This document shows positions 7,809 to 16,430 of a DNA stretch of 64,000 nt, piece by piece. The first letter of the stretch is position 1. Each line of letters starts with the position of its first letter. Source of the DNA: a virus (Duplodnaviria > Caudoviricetes); IMG/VR virus record IMGVR_UViG_3300012663_001722, positions 1 to 64,000 of that record. The stretch is one strand, 5' to 3'. The position numbers and the translations under genes were made by a program. The notes below the pieces were generated by a model. That model was given only the letters and a program-made list of their open reading frames with translations. It was not told the origin of the DNA and made no database searches.

Positions 7809-8571
7809 ATTTTATGCGATTATTGTTTAGTGCTGTTTTGAATTTTTCTATAAAGCTGCGATCACGGCATTGACGAAGAATGTGTATATTGCTAAGAATA
7901 AACCACTTAAACCAGCCGCTGCTCATGGTTGTTGCGAGTTTTTTCAAACTCTTTTGATATGCAGCCGTGATGCTGCACTTAAAATCTGTGGGTATGATAT
8001 ATCGTTCAAGAGCAGTTACCCACACCTCTTCTTTAACGAGTAATATTTTATCAGTCCAGTTTAGTTGTTCAAAGCCGCGTTCGCTGCAACTCACACCTTC
8101 ATAAACTAGTCTTTCATAAAGAGGCTTGTCATAAATGGCAACTGCTTCATGAATGCTATCATGATTATATTTTCTCTTGACTGCGTCTTCAAAAAATGTA
8201 GTGCTATCTTTGCCCTTTAGACTGGCCCATTTCTTGCCGTGTTTTTGGATCCAGCCTTTGACAAGACGTTCATAAACTCCACGATCTGGCATGCATCCCT
8301 TTGAGAAAAGAAATTCAACATCAGAGACATGTTTTTCCCAAAGAATATCCCAGCCAAGATGGCTAAGTTTGAGAGTGAGTAGCAAATTTGGATCAAGATA
8401 GCTTTCATCAAAGTTAATGTCAATAAGCTCTTGAAATTCTGAGATCCAAAGACGTTCAACATCTTTTGTTGAAACACCATCGGCACAAATCAAATCAAGA
8501 TCCTTTGGCACTCGCTTAAAATCGTGATACCAATGTTTGATGGCAGTGCTGCCTATTATTAGACTTTTCAT
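7798..8571 (-). CDS. Putative nucleotidyltransferase-fold protein
   Basis: IIGSTA..(x12)..DLD resembles hG[GS]x9-13Dh[DE]; start refined to TAATG overlap at 8571. Confidence 0.55.
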   Translation of the reverse strand: MKSLIIGSTAIKHWYHDFKRVPKDLDLICADGVSTKDVERLWISEFQELIDINFDESYLDPNLLLTLKLSHLGWDILWEKHVSDVEFLFSKGCMPDRGVYERLVKGWIQKHGKKWASLKGKDSTTFFEDAVKRKYNHDSIHEAVAIYDKPLYERLVYEGVSCSERGFEQLNWTDKILLVKEEVWVTALERYIIPTDFKCSITAAYQKSLKKLATTMSSGWFKWFILSNIHILRQCRDRSFIEKFKTALNNNRIKYEN

Positions 8572-8996
8572 TATGCTAGTAAGGGAGTGTTTGTTGTATC
8601 TATTTCCCATTCGCGCCAGAGATATTTCGCATGTTCGAGACCCTTTTCATTCATAGTGCCATCAGTGTAGAATTCATATGAATCATGGAGATTCTGAAGG
8701 CGAATCCAGAATTGATTACAATGACCGCGATACTCTGGTTTCAATATTTCTTCGAGATTCTCAATATTCAGTACTGAGGCCTGGCAGCCCTCCATTTCCA
8801 CCACTTTCAAAGGAATAAAGGGCCGTTTAACCTCCATCATTGATCCCGGAATCAAGCATCGTCCTACTGCGCACATATTTCCTCCTTCGGTGAGATACAT
8901 ACATGCCTCTTCAACCTCATCATAACCACGCTTCGATGCATCTTTATAGTATTCAACTGTTTCGTTAATTATTTCTTGCTTAGTCTTAGTTTTCAT
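8571..8996 (-). CDS. Hypothetical protein
   Basis: CMYLTEGGNMCAVGRCL and LQNLHD motifs. Confidence 0.7.
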   Translation of the reverse strand: MKTKTKQEIINETVEYYKDASKRGYDEVEEACMYLTEGGNMCAVGRCLIPGSMMEVKRPFIPLKVVEMEGCQASVLNIENLEEILKPEYRGHCNQFWIRLQNLHDSYEFYTDGTMNEKGLEHAKYLWREWEIDTTNTPLLA

Positions 8997-9020
8997 ACTG
9001 GTATTATATTGAGGTTCGTT

Positions 9021-9191
9021 TTAGTTAGAGAGTTCAACTTCCTCCCACGCGTCAGGAATTGCTCTGCAGCCATCATCTTCAACCCAGCCCCAGGTTTTTA
9101 ACCCCAGAAGATTCATTTGCTCTCTTGCAAATTCAGGATGAAATCCGATGGTAACTAGTTCTGACGCTTTACGGTCGATATATGCTTTCAT
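9021..9191 (-). CDS. Small hypothetical protein (56 aa)
   Basis: Read by hand: MKAYIDRKASELVTIG...EEVELSN. Confidence 0.55.
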   Translation of the reverse strand: MKAYIDRKASELVTIGFHPEFAREQMNLLGLKTWGWVEDDGCRAIPDAWEEVELSN

Positions 9192-9396
9192 AAATTGGTT
9201 GGATTGTGTAAGTGGATGCAGAGTATTGATATTCGGGCTCAGTCATAAGAGCGGTTTCGGCTTCTTCGAAGGAATCATAGTCACGCTTATAGCCTTTTTG
9301 AGTGAAAGCATATTCGGTATAATTCGTGATATGATAGCCGTCAGGAACGGGACTCGTATGAGATTCAATTGTGTAAATGCGGTATTTCTTTTTCAT
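9169..9396 (-). CDS. Hypothetical protein
   Basis: 75 aa ORF in gene run. Confidence 0.6.
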   Translation of the reverse strand: MKKKYRIYTIESHTSPVPDGYHITNYTEYAFTQKGYKRDYDSFEEAETALMTEPEYQYSASTYTIQPIYESIYRP

Positions 9397-9413
9397 ATCA
9401 AGGTTTCCTTTAG

Positions 9414-9635
9414 TTAGAAGCTTGCAGGTTTATAGAGTTGGAGCTTAGCTTCGCGCGCTTGAAATAGAGAAAATCCACCAGAAATATCCTGCTCGTGATC
9501 ATCAAGCGATACAACCCTGAAGAAAGGATCATCTGGAAAAATCTCACTGTTCAAAATTTCAATGACTTTGTAAATATCACCAGAGCCGTCGTTAATAAAG
9601 ATGTCGCCTACTTGTACGAGTTCGTTGTCGTTCAT
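9414..9635 (-). CDS. Hypothetical protein
   Basis: 73 aa ORF preceded by junction motif. Confidence 0.6.
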   Translation of the reverse strand: MNDNELVQVGDIFINDGSGDIYKVIEILNSEIFPDDPFFRVVSLDDHEQDISGGFSLFQAREAKLQLYKPASF

Positions 9636-9657
9636 ATTGTATTATATTGGGGTTCGT

Positions 9658-9879
9658 TTAGCAAGGAGTGCCATATTCTGACTCTTTCACGTTCTGAGCA
9701 TCTTTCAAGAGCCGTTCATATTCAACACGTGAAACGATCACAAGATCCTTCTTAAGGAAATATGCTTTGATTGTTTGGAGAACACTCTCCTTTGCGCTCA
9801 TTGCTGGCTTTGCAAAGGTATTGTTGTTCCAGAACTTTTCAGTCAGGTCGTCAATCAGTTTGTCGAGTTTTACTTCCAT
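9658..9879 (-). CDS. Hypothetical protein
   Basis: 73 aa ORF flanked by junction motifs. Confidence 0.6.
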   Translation of the reverse strand: MEVKLDKLIDDLTEKFWNNNTFAKPAMSAKESVLQTIKAYFLKKDLVIVSRVEYERLLKDAQNVKESEYGTPC

Positions 9880-9902
9880 GATGATATTATATCGAGGTTC
9901 GT

Positions 9903-10139
9903 TTAGTTGGAGAGCTCCACTGTACCGTCAAAGTCTTTGAAGAGGCTGAGATCCCAGACGTCACTATAGGCACCAACTCGCGCGAAAGAAGATACAGAGT
10001 GAATGAGCACCCCTTGCCCTAGGTGCTCCCCAATTACTTTACGTTCAAGCACCATAAAGAAGACATCGCCATCCTCGTCGATCATAAGTTTCGGAAAGGG
10101 CTTGGTTTGTTTGGTTTGTTTGGTAATTTTCGTTTTCAT
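9903..10139 (-). CDS. Hypothetical early protein
   Basis: First gene after promoter; KPFPKLM..FKDFDGTVELSN. Confidence 0.7.
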   Translation of the reverse strand: MKTKITKQTKQTKPFPKLMIDEDGDVFFMVLERKVIGEHLGQGVLIHSVSSFARVGAYSDVWDLSLFKDFDGTVELSN

Positions 10140-10149
10140 ATTGTGTTAG

Positions 10150-10247
10150 AGGTTGCTTACAAGGAAATAATACCACAAATCACACGATTTGTACACCTAA
10201 AAATGATATTTTTTCACAAAAAATAAGGGGCCCCGGCAGGGCCCCCA
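10150..10247 (-). promoter_or_regulatory. Early promoter type I with upstream GC-rich element
   Basis: -10 10167-10172, -35 10190-10195, ggggccccggcagggccccc at 10227-10246. Confidence 0.8.
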
Positions 10248-10268
10248 GTAAAAAATGTCACATTTTTC

Positions 10269-11033
10269 TTATTTTTTTAGCTTCTTGAAGCCATTTGCCT
10301 TAATTGTCTCATAGACGCCATACTTCTCGAGCAGTACTCTCTCTAAGATATGGCATTCATAGGCATCCTCAAAATTATAGAGCATCTTGCTAATCACTGG
10401 ACACTCTGCAATAAAGATATCGCGAACTGCCTCAGCGACCAGTCGACATTCCTTTTGTGCTGTTTTATGTAAACGCTGGTTAAGAGTTGTAATCCAATCT
10501 CGAATCTTGCCGTTGAAAATAAGCACAGTCTCAGTTGTCTCTGGCAGAATCATACGAGCACACTCACGTGCGACACCTGCTTCAAGAAGTCGAGCGTAGA
10601 GTTCTTTTGTACGATTAAGATGAGACATGATCTCGTCACTTGCTAAGCTATCGTTTATAATACTCGGATCAAACTCTTCTGTCGAGCTTTGTCGATTATC
10701 TTTGCTTTGCATGCGCAGTTCAATTGGCTCGAACTCGCTGATGCTCTTATAGCGCTGACTTAGTTCTTGCGGAGCAAGACTCCAGTGACGCAGTAGTTCT
10801 CGACCGATAGCGCGACTAGTTGTAATTTCAAAACCAAGATTGGCTTCACCAAATACACTCCAGTGACTATGATTCAAGCAGTGACGCAGTAACTTATGAG
10901 GCTCAGCGAAAAGCTCATTTGCCTCACGGCTGCTACTGCATCTGGCAATGCCAACAATAATTTCATCAATAGTTTTTCCTTCATATTCTGTGCCCTTGGC
11001 ACCCTCAGTTTTTGTTAGTAATCGTACTTTCAT
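10269..11033 (-). CDS. thyX: Flavin-dependent thymidylate synthase
   Basis: HWSVFG, SRAIGRELLRHWSLAPQELSQRY (RHx7SxR), RECARMILP, RLHKTAQKECR. Confidence 0.9.
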   Translation of the reverse strand: MKVRLLTKTEGAKGTEYEGKTIDEIIVGIARCSSSREANELFAEPHKLLRHCLNHSHWSVFGEANLGFEITTSRAIGRELLRHWSLAPQELSQRYKSISEFEPIELRMQSKDNRQSSTEEFDPSIINDSLASDEIMSHLNRTKELYARLLEAGVARECARMILPETTETVLIFNGKIRDWITTLNQRLHKTAQKECRLVAEAVRDIFIAECPVISKMLYNFEDAYECHILERVLLEKYGVYETIKANGFKKLKK

Positions 11034-11365
11034 AGTTCTTTTTCCTTGAGTTCAACAAACTCAACAAGCTTCAACAACTCTTTTTGCGCTGTTTTATGTC
11101 GAGCTTTTATTGATGCTCTGCAAGTGACTGGTAGAATGCCATATCGTGTAGTTTTAAATTCTTTGATATCAGAACAGCCATGCGCAAAAGCTTGAAAATA
11201 AAGATTAAACTCAAGCATTAGCGCACTTTTTGCAGCGGACTTTTTGCTCCAATTTTCTTTGCCAGATCTCATGCGCAAATATTCGCCACGATAACGAATC
11301 TTCCAACTAGTTTTTCTTTTACCAAGTTGTGCTAATTGAGTTAGATGCTGATGAAAGTCAATCAT
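11030..11365 (-). CDS. Hypothetical basic protein
   Basis: 111 aa ORF coupled on both sides. Confidence 0.6.
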   Translation of the reverse strand: MIDFHQHLTQLAQLGKRKTSWKIRYRGEYLRMRSGKENWSKKSAAKSALMLEFNLYFQAFAHGCSDIKEFKTTRYGILPVTCRASIKARHKTAQKELLKLVEFVELKEKEL

Positions 11366-11658
11366 AGATCAATGTCATTGCCAAGGCACTCAATAAAGAG
11401 TTGCATATCACGAATTCTGGCAGAAATGGCGAAGATAGCTTGCGTGCGTTCGCTTGCTCCTGCAGGAAAATCTGAAGGGCAAGAAGGTACCTCCGCGGTA
11501 GACTTCTTCAAATAAGGTCCTAATCGGTCACGAAATACCGCTAGTTGTTCTTGCAAAATATTACATTCTTTGTAGAGCTTATCAATTGAATCGCTAATGC
11601 CTGGAGCTTTTTCGCATTGGACTTTTTCATTAAGTTGACCGGTGTGTATATTATACAT
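11362..11658 (-). CDS. Hypothetical protein
   Basis: 98 aa ORF coupled on both sides. Confidence 0.6.
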   Translation of the reverse strand: MYNIHTGQLNEKVQCEKAPGISDSIDKLYKECNILQEQLAVFRDRLGPYLKKSTAEVPSCPSDFPAGASERTQAIFAISARIRDMQLFIECLGNDIDL

Positions 11659-12182
11659 TATTTTATTTTTTCTTTTAGTTGTTCGAGAGTTGTGAAATAG
11701 TAATAGCCACTGCTGTCTGCCACTACTCGGTCAACACAAGTGTTGACATAGCGATCATCTAGCACTTTTTTGCCATACCAATTGCGACGTACTATGCTTT
11801 TCATATGCACATGTCCATGAACATTAAGCACACGTCCACGCAATTCATCGGGATGCAATGGTGCATGGCTTAACCACATTTTTTTATAGCTAATGATGCC
11901 ATGAATTTCTTCAAAGACATCTGCTTGTAAGCTTGTGCTTACAAAGTCGTCATGGTTGCCTTTGATTAGGATCTTACGACCAGGCAATTCGCCAACAAGT
12001 TTTAGGCTATCTTCGTCAAATGCGACATCGCCCATAAAAAAGACAATGTCCTTTTTCTTGATTTCTTTAAGATAACGAGATACAAAGATGCGAGAGTTGT
12101 CGGCTGTGTCCTTGACCCAAGGTCTATATTTTGCAATGGCTCTATGGCCAAGATGTGGGTCTCCGATAAAAAATATGCTCAT
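11658..12182 (-). CDS. Calcineurin-like metallophosphoesterase
   Basis: GDPHLGH, GDV, GNHD, SHAP, HGHVH. Confidence 0.9.
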   Translation of the reverse strand: MSIFFIGDPHLGHRAIAKYRPWVKDTADNSRIFVSRYLKEIKKKDIVFFMGDVAFDEDSLKLVGELPGRKILIKGNHDDFVSTSLQADVFEEIHGIISYKKMWLSHAPLHPDELRGRVLNVHGHVHMKSIVRRNWYGKKVLDDRYVNTCVDRVVADSSGYYYFTTLEQLKEKIK

Positions 12183-12183
12183 A

Positions 12184-12300
12184 TTACCAGTTGGGTGGAG
12201 GTGGAAGTTTATTGCTTATAAACAAGCAAATTAGAAATGCTCCCGCAAGAACGCCTAGCGTAAATGCGCCAAGTAGTAATAGAATAAGTCCTAGTGTCAT
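12184..12300 (-). CDS. Small single-TM membrane protein (38 aa)
   Basis: Read by hand: MTLGLILLLLGAFTLGVLAGAFLICLFISNKLPPPPNW. Confidence 0.55.
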   Translation of the reverse strand: MTLGLILLLLGAFTLGVLAGAFLICLFISNKLPPPPNW

Positions 12301-12301
12301 T

Positions 12302-12409
12302 TTATTTTGATTTTAGTTTTTCGATTATAAGAGATGCTATAAGCGCAATCAAACAGCAGAGTTGTATGCAAAACACACAGATGAAAATTTTAGTTGAGAT
12401 ATCATTCAT
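12302..12409 (-). CDS. Small single-TM membrane protein (35 aa)
   Basis: Read by hand: MNDISTKIFICVFCIQLCCLIALIASLIIEKLKSK; ATGA-coupled. Confidence 0.5.
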   Translation of the reverse strand: MNDISTKIFICVFCIQLCCLIALIASLIIEKLKSK

Positions 12410-12816
12410 AGCTGAATGGTATTTAGCAAACTAATTTTCTGATTGGCTTTGACTGCCTTTGGCACACTATGTACATCATCGCTGCCATGACGATTTTCAA
12501 GTACGACACTTGTGACAATTGCTCGGCCCTTTGCGGCGTTGACATAATAGGCAAAATCACTTGGCTTGGTATTAGTATTTGCTACAATGAGAAGCTGAGC
12601 AGTGCCATGTTCCAGCGAATGTTCAAAGCGTTCTTGGCATGCTCGATGTGCGTGTCCTAACAATTTTGCATCAAAGTTATAGTTGCCATTTTCATCAGTA
12701 AAGAAATCGTCGGCTGTGAAAACATCGACAAGTTTTGGATCAAGAGATTCGAGCATGCTAGCAAAGGTACTTTTGCCAGAGCCAGAGACGCCACGTAGTA
12801 TAAGAACAGTTTTCAT
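12406..12816 (-). CDS. P-loop kinase, polynucleotide-kinase-like (AAA_33 type)
   Basis: LILRGVSGSGKST, ADDFF, IVANTNT, HSVP. Confidence 0.8.
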   Translation of the reverse strand: MKTVLILRGVSGSGKSTFASMLESLDPKLVDVFTADDFFTDENGNYNFDAKLLGHAHRACQERFEHSLEHGTAQLLIVANTNTKPSDFAYYVNAAKGRAIVTSVVLENRHGSDDVHSVPKAVKANQKISLLNTIQL

Positions 12817-12839
12817 AATGATATTGTATCGGAGTTCAT

Positions 12840-13289
12840 TTAGACGTATTCATCAACTTCAGGTGATTGAGAACGCTGCATTTGCTTAGAAAGCTGACCT
12901 TCACGGCTCTTACGATCATGAAGTTGTCTTCGAGCATTCTTGAGAAGACGAGTGGCAAAGCAAGGGTCGTGATCAGTCAACCACTTTTCGAGACTGTATT
13001 CACCATTGCCGTTATCGAAAATCGCGGACGACAGCGGTGCAGGAGAATGAACCCTACCCTGAAAGTAGATAGTGACTCGTCCACCATTTTCAAATGAAAC
13101 AGTGCACATAGTGCCGTGCGCCTTAGCTTTGACGTTATTCACGTCTGATCTATACTTCAAAGTCATCAATTCATCAATGACATATCGTGCATAGCCGTTA
13201 CGACCTTCGAGCTTGCGCTCGGAGTAAGTCATTGGACGGGTAATCATAGTGCCTTTTGGTGGAGTAAATGTTGCAGGGCTGTTGATCAT
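12840..13289 (-). CDS. Hypothetical protein
   Basis: 149 aa ORF in gene run. Confidence 0.6.
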   Translation of the reverse strand: MINSPATFTPPKGTMITRPMTYSERKLEGRNGYARYVIDELMTLKYRSDVNNVKAKAHGTMCTVSFENGGRVTIYFQGRVHSPAPLSSAIFDNGNGEYSLEKWLTDHDPCFATRLLKNARRQLHDRKSREGQLSKQMQRSQSPEVDEYV

Positions 13290-13308
13290 AATGTAATTTT
13301 TGTAGAGT

Positions 13309-13509
13309 TTATTTAGTTTTGATACGACCTGCTCGGTCGCATAGAAAGATCTTATCGCCTACTGCTTTTAGTAGTTTCCAATCACCTGTCTTGTGATTCT
13401 CCATTTGCTTTTTGATGCGAGCTGGAATATCTTCAAACGAATCAAAGGTTTTGATTTCAGGACCAAAAATTCCAATCGGTCCAAAATACATATATTGCTT
13501 TGCTTTCAT
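13309..13509 (-). CDS. Hypothetical protein
   Basis: 66 aa ORF. Confidence 0.55.
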   Translation of the reverse strand: MKAKQYMYFGPIGIFGPEIKTFDSFEDIPARIKKQMENHKTGDWKLLKAVGDKIFLCDRAGRIKTK

Positions 13510-13533
13510 ATTATGATTGTGTTAGAGTTTTGT

Positions 13534-13833
13534 TTAGTGTGCGTAGCCGTATTCGTAGAGACCAGTGAGCATCTCCTTGAGTTCGAGCATGCTCATGTCC
13601 TTGAGACCAAGACCGCGAGGGCGAACGCCATGGACTTCTTTATAGACGTCCCAGATGGTGTTCTCGAGCTCTTGACGCTCGAAGTCTTCCACTGTGTGGA
13701 TGCCGATGCTGTTCCAGTAGCCGATGTCGCTGATATACTGGCACATAAAGCGGTTGTTCGGATCTTCATCGATCCAAGCTTGAGCTTTGGCGTTGAGTGA
13801 CTCGATGTGAGAGAGAAGAGAGTTGCTTTGCAT
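13534..13833 (-). CDS. Hypothetical early protein, probably leaderless
   Basis: IWDVYKEVHGVRPR motif; ATG 6 nt after TATAAT. Confidence 0.7.
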   Translation of the reverse strand: MQSNSLLSHIESLNAKAQAWIDEDPNNRFMCQYISDIGYWNSIGIHTVEDFERQELENTIWDVYKEVHGVRPRGLGLKDMSMLELKEMLTGLYEYGYAH

Positions 13834-13923
13834 GAGACCATTATACCATAAAAGTCCACAAAAGTAAACAAAAAAGTGAAAAAATGTGAAAATATTTTAG
13901 GGGCCCGGGCCGGCCCCAGGCCT
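13834..13923 (-). promoter_or_regulatory. Early promoter type II with upstream GC-rich element
   Basis: -10 13840-13845, -35 13863-13868, GC element 13900-13923. Confidence 0.8.
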
Positions 13924-14573
13924 CAATGATGATCCCACGAAGCTCTTGGTTTCGTTACCATGATCTCTTGGATCTCTTGGAGGCTAAAAAATGCAGTGCT
14001 ATTATGAGCCTTTGCATTATCTACGCCGCAGTCAAGAATCTTGCCGAAGTTCGTGCCTCGCGGATTAATGCCTTCAATTTTGCCATGGCTGTGTCCACAG
14101 AGACACATTGCTCCAAGGCTCATTTCAGGATAGACAAGCGGGCTCATGTGAGTGCAATAGAAAAGACTATGATCGATTTTCAATAGCATGCTATCACCAA
14201 TCATGGTTACGTTTGGAGTTAGCGGAAGCGGATAAACTTCTTCGTGGCTTGCATGATAGTCATCACACGCAGTGGCATAGAGTTGTTTTACGCCGCTGTT
14301 ATGATTACCCCAGACCATAAGAGTCTCGCATGGAATTTCACGAATCAGATTAATGATAGGATCAGGTCCAACACTAAGGCCAAAGTCACCGAGAAAAATC
14401 AATAGAGTTTTCGGATCAAGGTTTAGCAGTTGACTACGAATCCATGCACTATGCTCCTGTTCATTCTCAAATCCGCGAGCAGCCCAGACAAAATCCTTGT
14501 TATGTCCATAGTGCAGATCACTTGTAACTAGGACTTGACTATAGTCACTTGATTTTCTTTTAATTTTTATCAT
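13923..14573 (-). CDS. Calcineurin-like metallophosphoesterase
   Basis: SDLHYGH, GDF, GNHN, CGHSHG, DCGVD. Confidence 0.9.
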   Translation of the reverse strand: MIKIKRKSSDYSQVLVTSDLHYGHNKDFVWAARGFENEQEHSAWIRSQLLNLDPKTLLIFLGDFGLSVGPDPIINLIREIPCETLMVWGNHNSGVKQLYATACDDYHASHEEVYPLPLTPNVTMIGDSMLLKIDHSLFYCTHMSPLVYPEMSLGAMCLCGHSHGKIEGINPRGTNFGKILDCGVDNAKAHNSTAFFSLQEIQEIMVTKPRASWDHH

Positions 14574-14579
14574 AATATT

Positions 14580-14825
14580 CTATTTAATACGTTTTGGTGG
14601 TTTATTACGTTTTGGTGGCCGAACAAAGTCTTTAGCCACAAAGATATTTTCGAAAGCAGCGGAGATAACGCCAAGCGGCAACCCGCTGATCTCTGCCATC
14701 TTTTCCATGCAGACTCCATCAAGGATATATCGTGCAGAGCCTATAGCGAAAGCGCGATCATCATCGTCCATGTCTTCATATGACTTGATGTTGTCATATT
14801 GATCAAGATCTTCGATTTTATTCAT
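14580..14825 (-). CDS. Hypothetical protein
   Basis: 81 aa ORF. Confidence 0.55.
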   Translation of the reverse strand: MNKIEDLDQYDNIKSYEDMDDDDRAFAIGSARYILDGVCMEKMAEISGLPLGVISAAFENIFVAKDFVRPPKRNKPPKRIK

Positions 14826-14826
14826 A

Positions 14827-15045
14827 TTATTTTATTGCAGCGTTAAGCGAGATATAAACTGAGTTACTAACCGAGTTCCGAACTGAGACATTAACTGAGA
14901 TCCAAACTGAGCTCCAAACTGAGCCATCAACTGAGTTACAAAGTGAGTTACAAAGTGAGTCATCAACTGAGTCATAGACTGAGTTACTAACTGAGTCCCA
15001 AACTGAGTCAATAACTGAATAATATATTGCTTCTTTAATATCCAT
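14827..15045 (-). CDS. SVxx-repeat mini-protein
   Basis: MDIKEAIYYSVIDSVWDSV..NAAIK. Confidence 0.8.
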   Translation of the reverse strand: MDIKEAIYYSVIDSVWDSVSNSVYDSVDDSLCNSLCNSVDGSVWSSVWISVNVSVRNSVSNSVYISLNAAIK

Positions 15046-15190
15046 ATTCCCTTAGTGCAATATTAACAGAGTTATTAACTGAGCTCCTAACTGAGATCCA
15101 AACTGAGCTCCAAACTGAGTAACAAACCGAGCTATAAACCGAGCTATAAACCGAGTTATTAACTGAGTCACTAACTGAGCTAAAAACTGA
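14845..15190. repeat. 12-bp tandem repeat array C
   Basis: aactgag/aaccgag every 12 bp. Confidence 0.9.
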
Positions 15191-15217
15191 GACATCTATT
15201 TCCTTTTCAATATTCAT
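15035..15217 (-). CDS. SVxx-repeat mini-protein
   Basis: MNIEKEIDVSVFSSV..REYGY; start refined to 15217. Confidence 0.8.
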   Translation of the reverse strand: MNIEKEIDVSVFSSVSDSVNNSVYSSVYSSVCYSVWSSVWISVRSSVNNSVNIALREYGY

Positions 15218-15219
15218 AT

Positions 15220-15531
15220 TCAATCCCAGTTCCAACGGTTACCACTTTTTGTTGGAGCGTCAAGTGGAATGGCGTCATAGTCAGCGACATTCAATGCATC
15301 GCGAGTTGCTGCACGATTCTTACCGTTATGCTCGTCCTTTGTGCTTTGATTAATATTAGTTGCACGCTTATTGTCATGCGTATAGCAACGTGCCAATTCA
15401 ATAAGCTTACGAGGCGTATATTCTTTGTAATCACTCCAGCTAAAATGGAGAACATTGACGTTACCGTTTTCCAAGGAGACAACTTTCCACTTGTTACGCT
15501 TAATGATTTGTATTGCTTCAATGGTGTTCAT
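15220..15531 (-). CDS. Hypothetical protein
   Basis: 103 aa ORF preceded by junction motif. Confidence 0.65.
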   Translation of the reverse strand: MNTIEAIQIIKRNKWKVVSLENGNVNVLHFSWSDYKEYTPRKLIELARCYTHDNKRATNINQSTKDEHNGKNRAATRDALNVADYDAIPLDAPTKSGNRWNWD

Positions 15532-15564
15532 AATTATATTGTATCAGAGTTCGTTTAGTGTGCG

Positions 15565-15786
15565 TTAGCCACAGCAATTTATGAAGTTGCGGAGTCCTTC
15601 TGGAGTGTCGCACCCGCTTCCATTATCGGCGGCGGATTCCCACGCTCGCACCTGCGCCTCAAGTTTTCTGATGCGCCTTGCCGCTTCGTCCATCATTTCG
15701 GCGTGATCAGAGCTAGGGTTGTCGGGAGGATGAGCTTTTTCTGCAAGAGCGCATATAAAGTCTTGGTTGGTCATTTCGTCATACAT
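15565..15786 (-). CDS. Hypothetical protein
   Basis: 73 aa ORF. Confidence 0.55.
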   Translation of the reverse strand: MYDEMTNQDFICALAEKAHPPDNPSSDHAEMMDEAARRIRKLEAQVRAWESAADNGSGCDTPEGLRNFINCCG

Positions 15787-15827
15787 ATTATTGTTGTTGG
15801 TTACAGGTTAATTGTATCAGAGTTCGT

Positions 15828-16109
15828 TTATGCGGCTGCTTGCTTACGTCCTTGACGAGAGCGAGACTCGTTGGCATAGTCAGACCAATTGCCAAGCTTA
15901 CTCTCCCAGCGCAACAAGTCGCGGCAAGCAGCTCCAATATGCGCCTTGCCGCGGCAGCGATTTTCGGCATTGAGAATTCCATTCAGGAATACTCGGCAGC
16001 CATAGATGCCTTTGCCAAGATAAGTCACTTTGATTTCGTGCACGCAATAACCGAGCATCATGCGGCGGGGAGTTGCAACTCCCCAAAAGGGATATTGTTT
16101 TGTTTTCAT
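15828..16109 (-). CDS. Hypothetical protein
   Basis: Start refined to MKTKQY at 16109. Confidence 0.6.
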   Translation of the reverse strand: MKTKQYPFWGVATPRRMMLGYCVHEIKVTYLGKGIYGCRVFLNGILNAENRCRGKAHIGAACRDLLRWESKLGNWSDYANESRSRQGRKQAAA

Positions 16110-16113
16110 AATA

Positions 16114-16335
16114 TTAGCGAGAAAGTGGATTAAAGGTAGAGCGCTTATTTGCAGCCTCAACTTCTTCGAGAACTGCTGCATCAATTTCAGAGCTTTCATT
16201 GTCGCGCTCAAGCTCCTTGATAAAGGCGCGTTCAGCCATGTGACGTTGTGCAATCTCTGCGATCAGAGCCTTACGGGATGCAAGCTGTGCTTCGGAGAGG
16301 GCTGGGGTAGTGGTGTTTAGTTTCTTGTTGCTCAC
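16114..16335 (-). CDS. Hypothetical early protein, probable leaderless GTG start
   Basis: GTG AGC AAC 6 nt after TATAAT; track start lies upstream of promoter. Confidence 0.55.
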   Translation of the reverse strand: MSNKKLNTTTPALSEAQLASRKALIAEIAQRHMAERAFIKELERDNESSEIDAAVLEEVEAANKRSTFNPLSR

Positions 16336-16430
16336 AAGGTTATTATACCATAAAAGTCCCGAAAAGTAAATGTTTTTTTTCACAAAAACACACTTTTTTT
16401 AGGGGCCCCAGCCTGGCCCCCTAGCCCAGG
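16336..16430 (-). promoter_or_regulatory. Early promoter type II with upstream GC-rich element
   Basis: -10 16342-16347, -35 16365-16370, GC element 16402-16430. Confidence 0.8.

Noticed and set aside
10269-11033. ThyX plus a TS homolog as redundant thymidylate synthases
   Set aside because: The TS homolog has the dCMP-specific signature, so the two probably do different jobs
2720-15190. 12-bp repeats or dispersed promoter repeats as CRISPR arrays
   Set aside because: No 23-47 bp repeats separated by unique spacers of regular length; no cas genes
2696-15217. SVxx arrays as a diversity-generating retroelement (TR/VR)
   Set aside because: Differences are not restricted to adenines, unit number varies and there is no reverse transcriptase in the window
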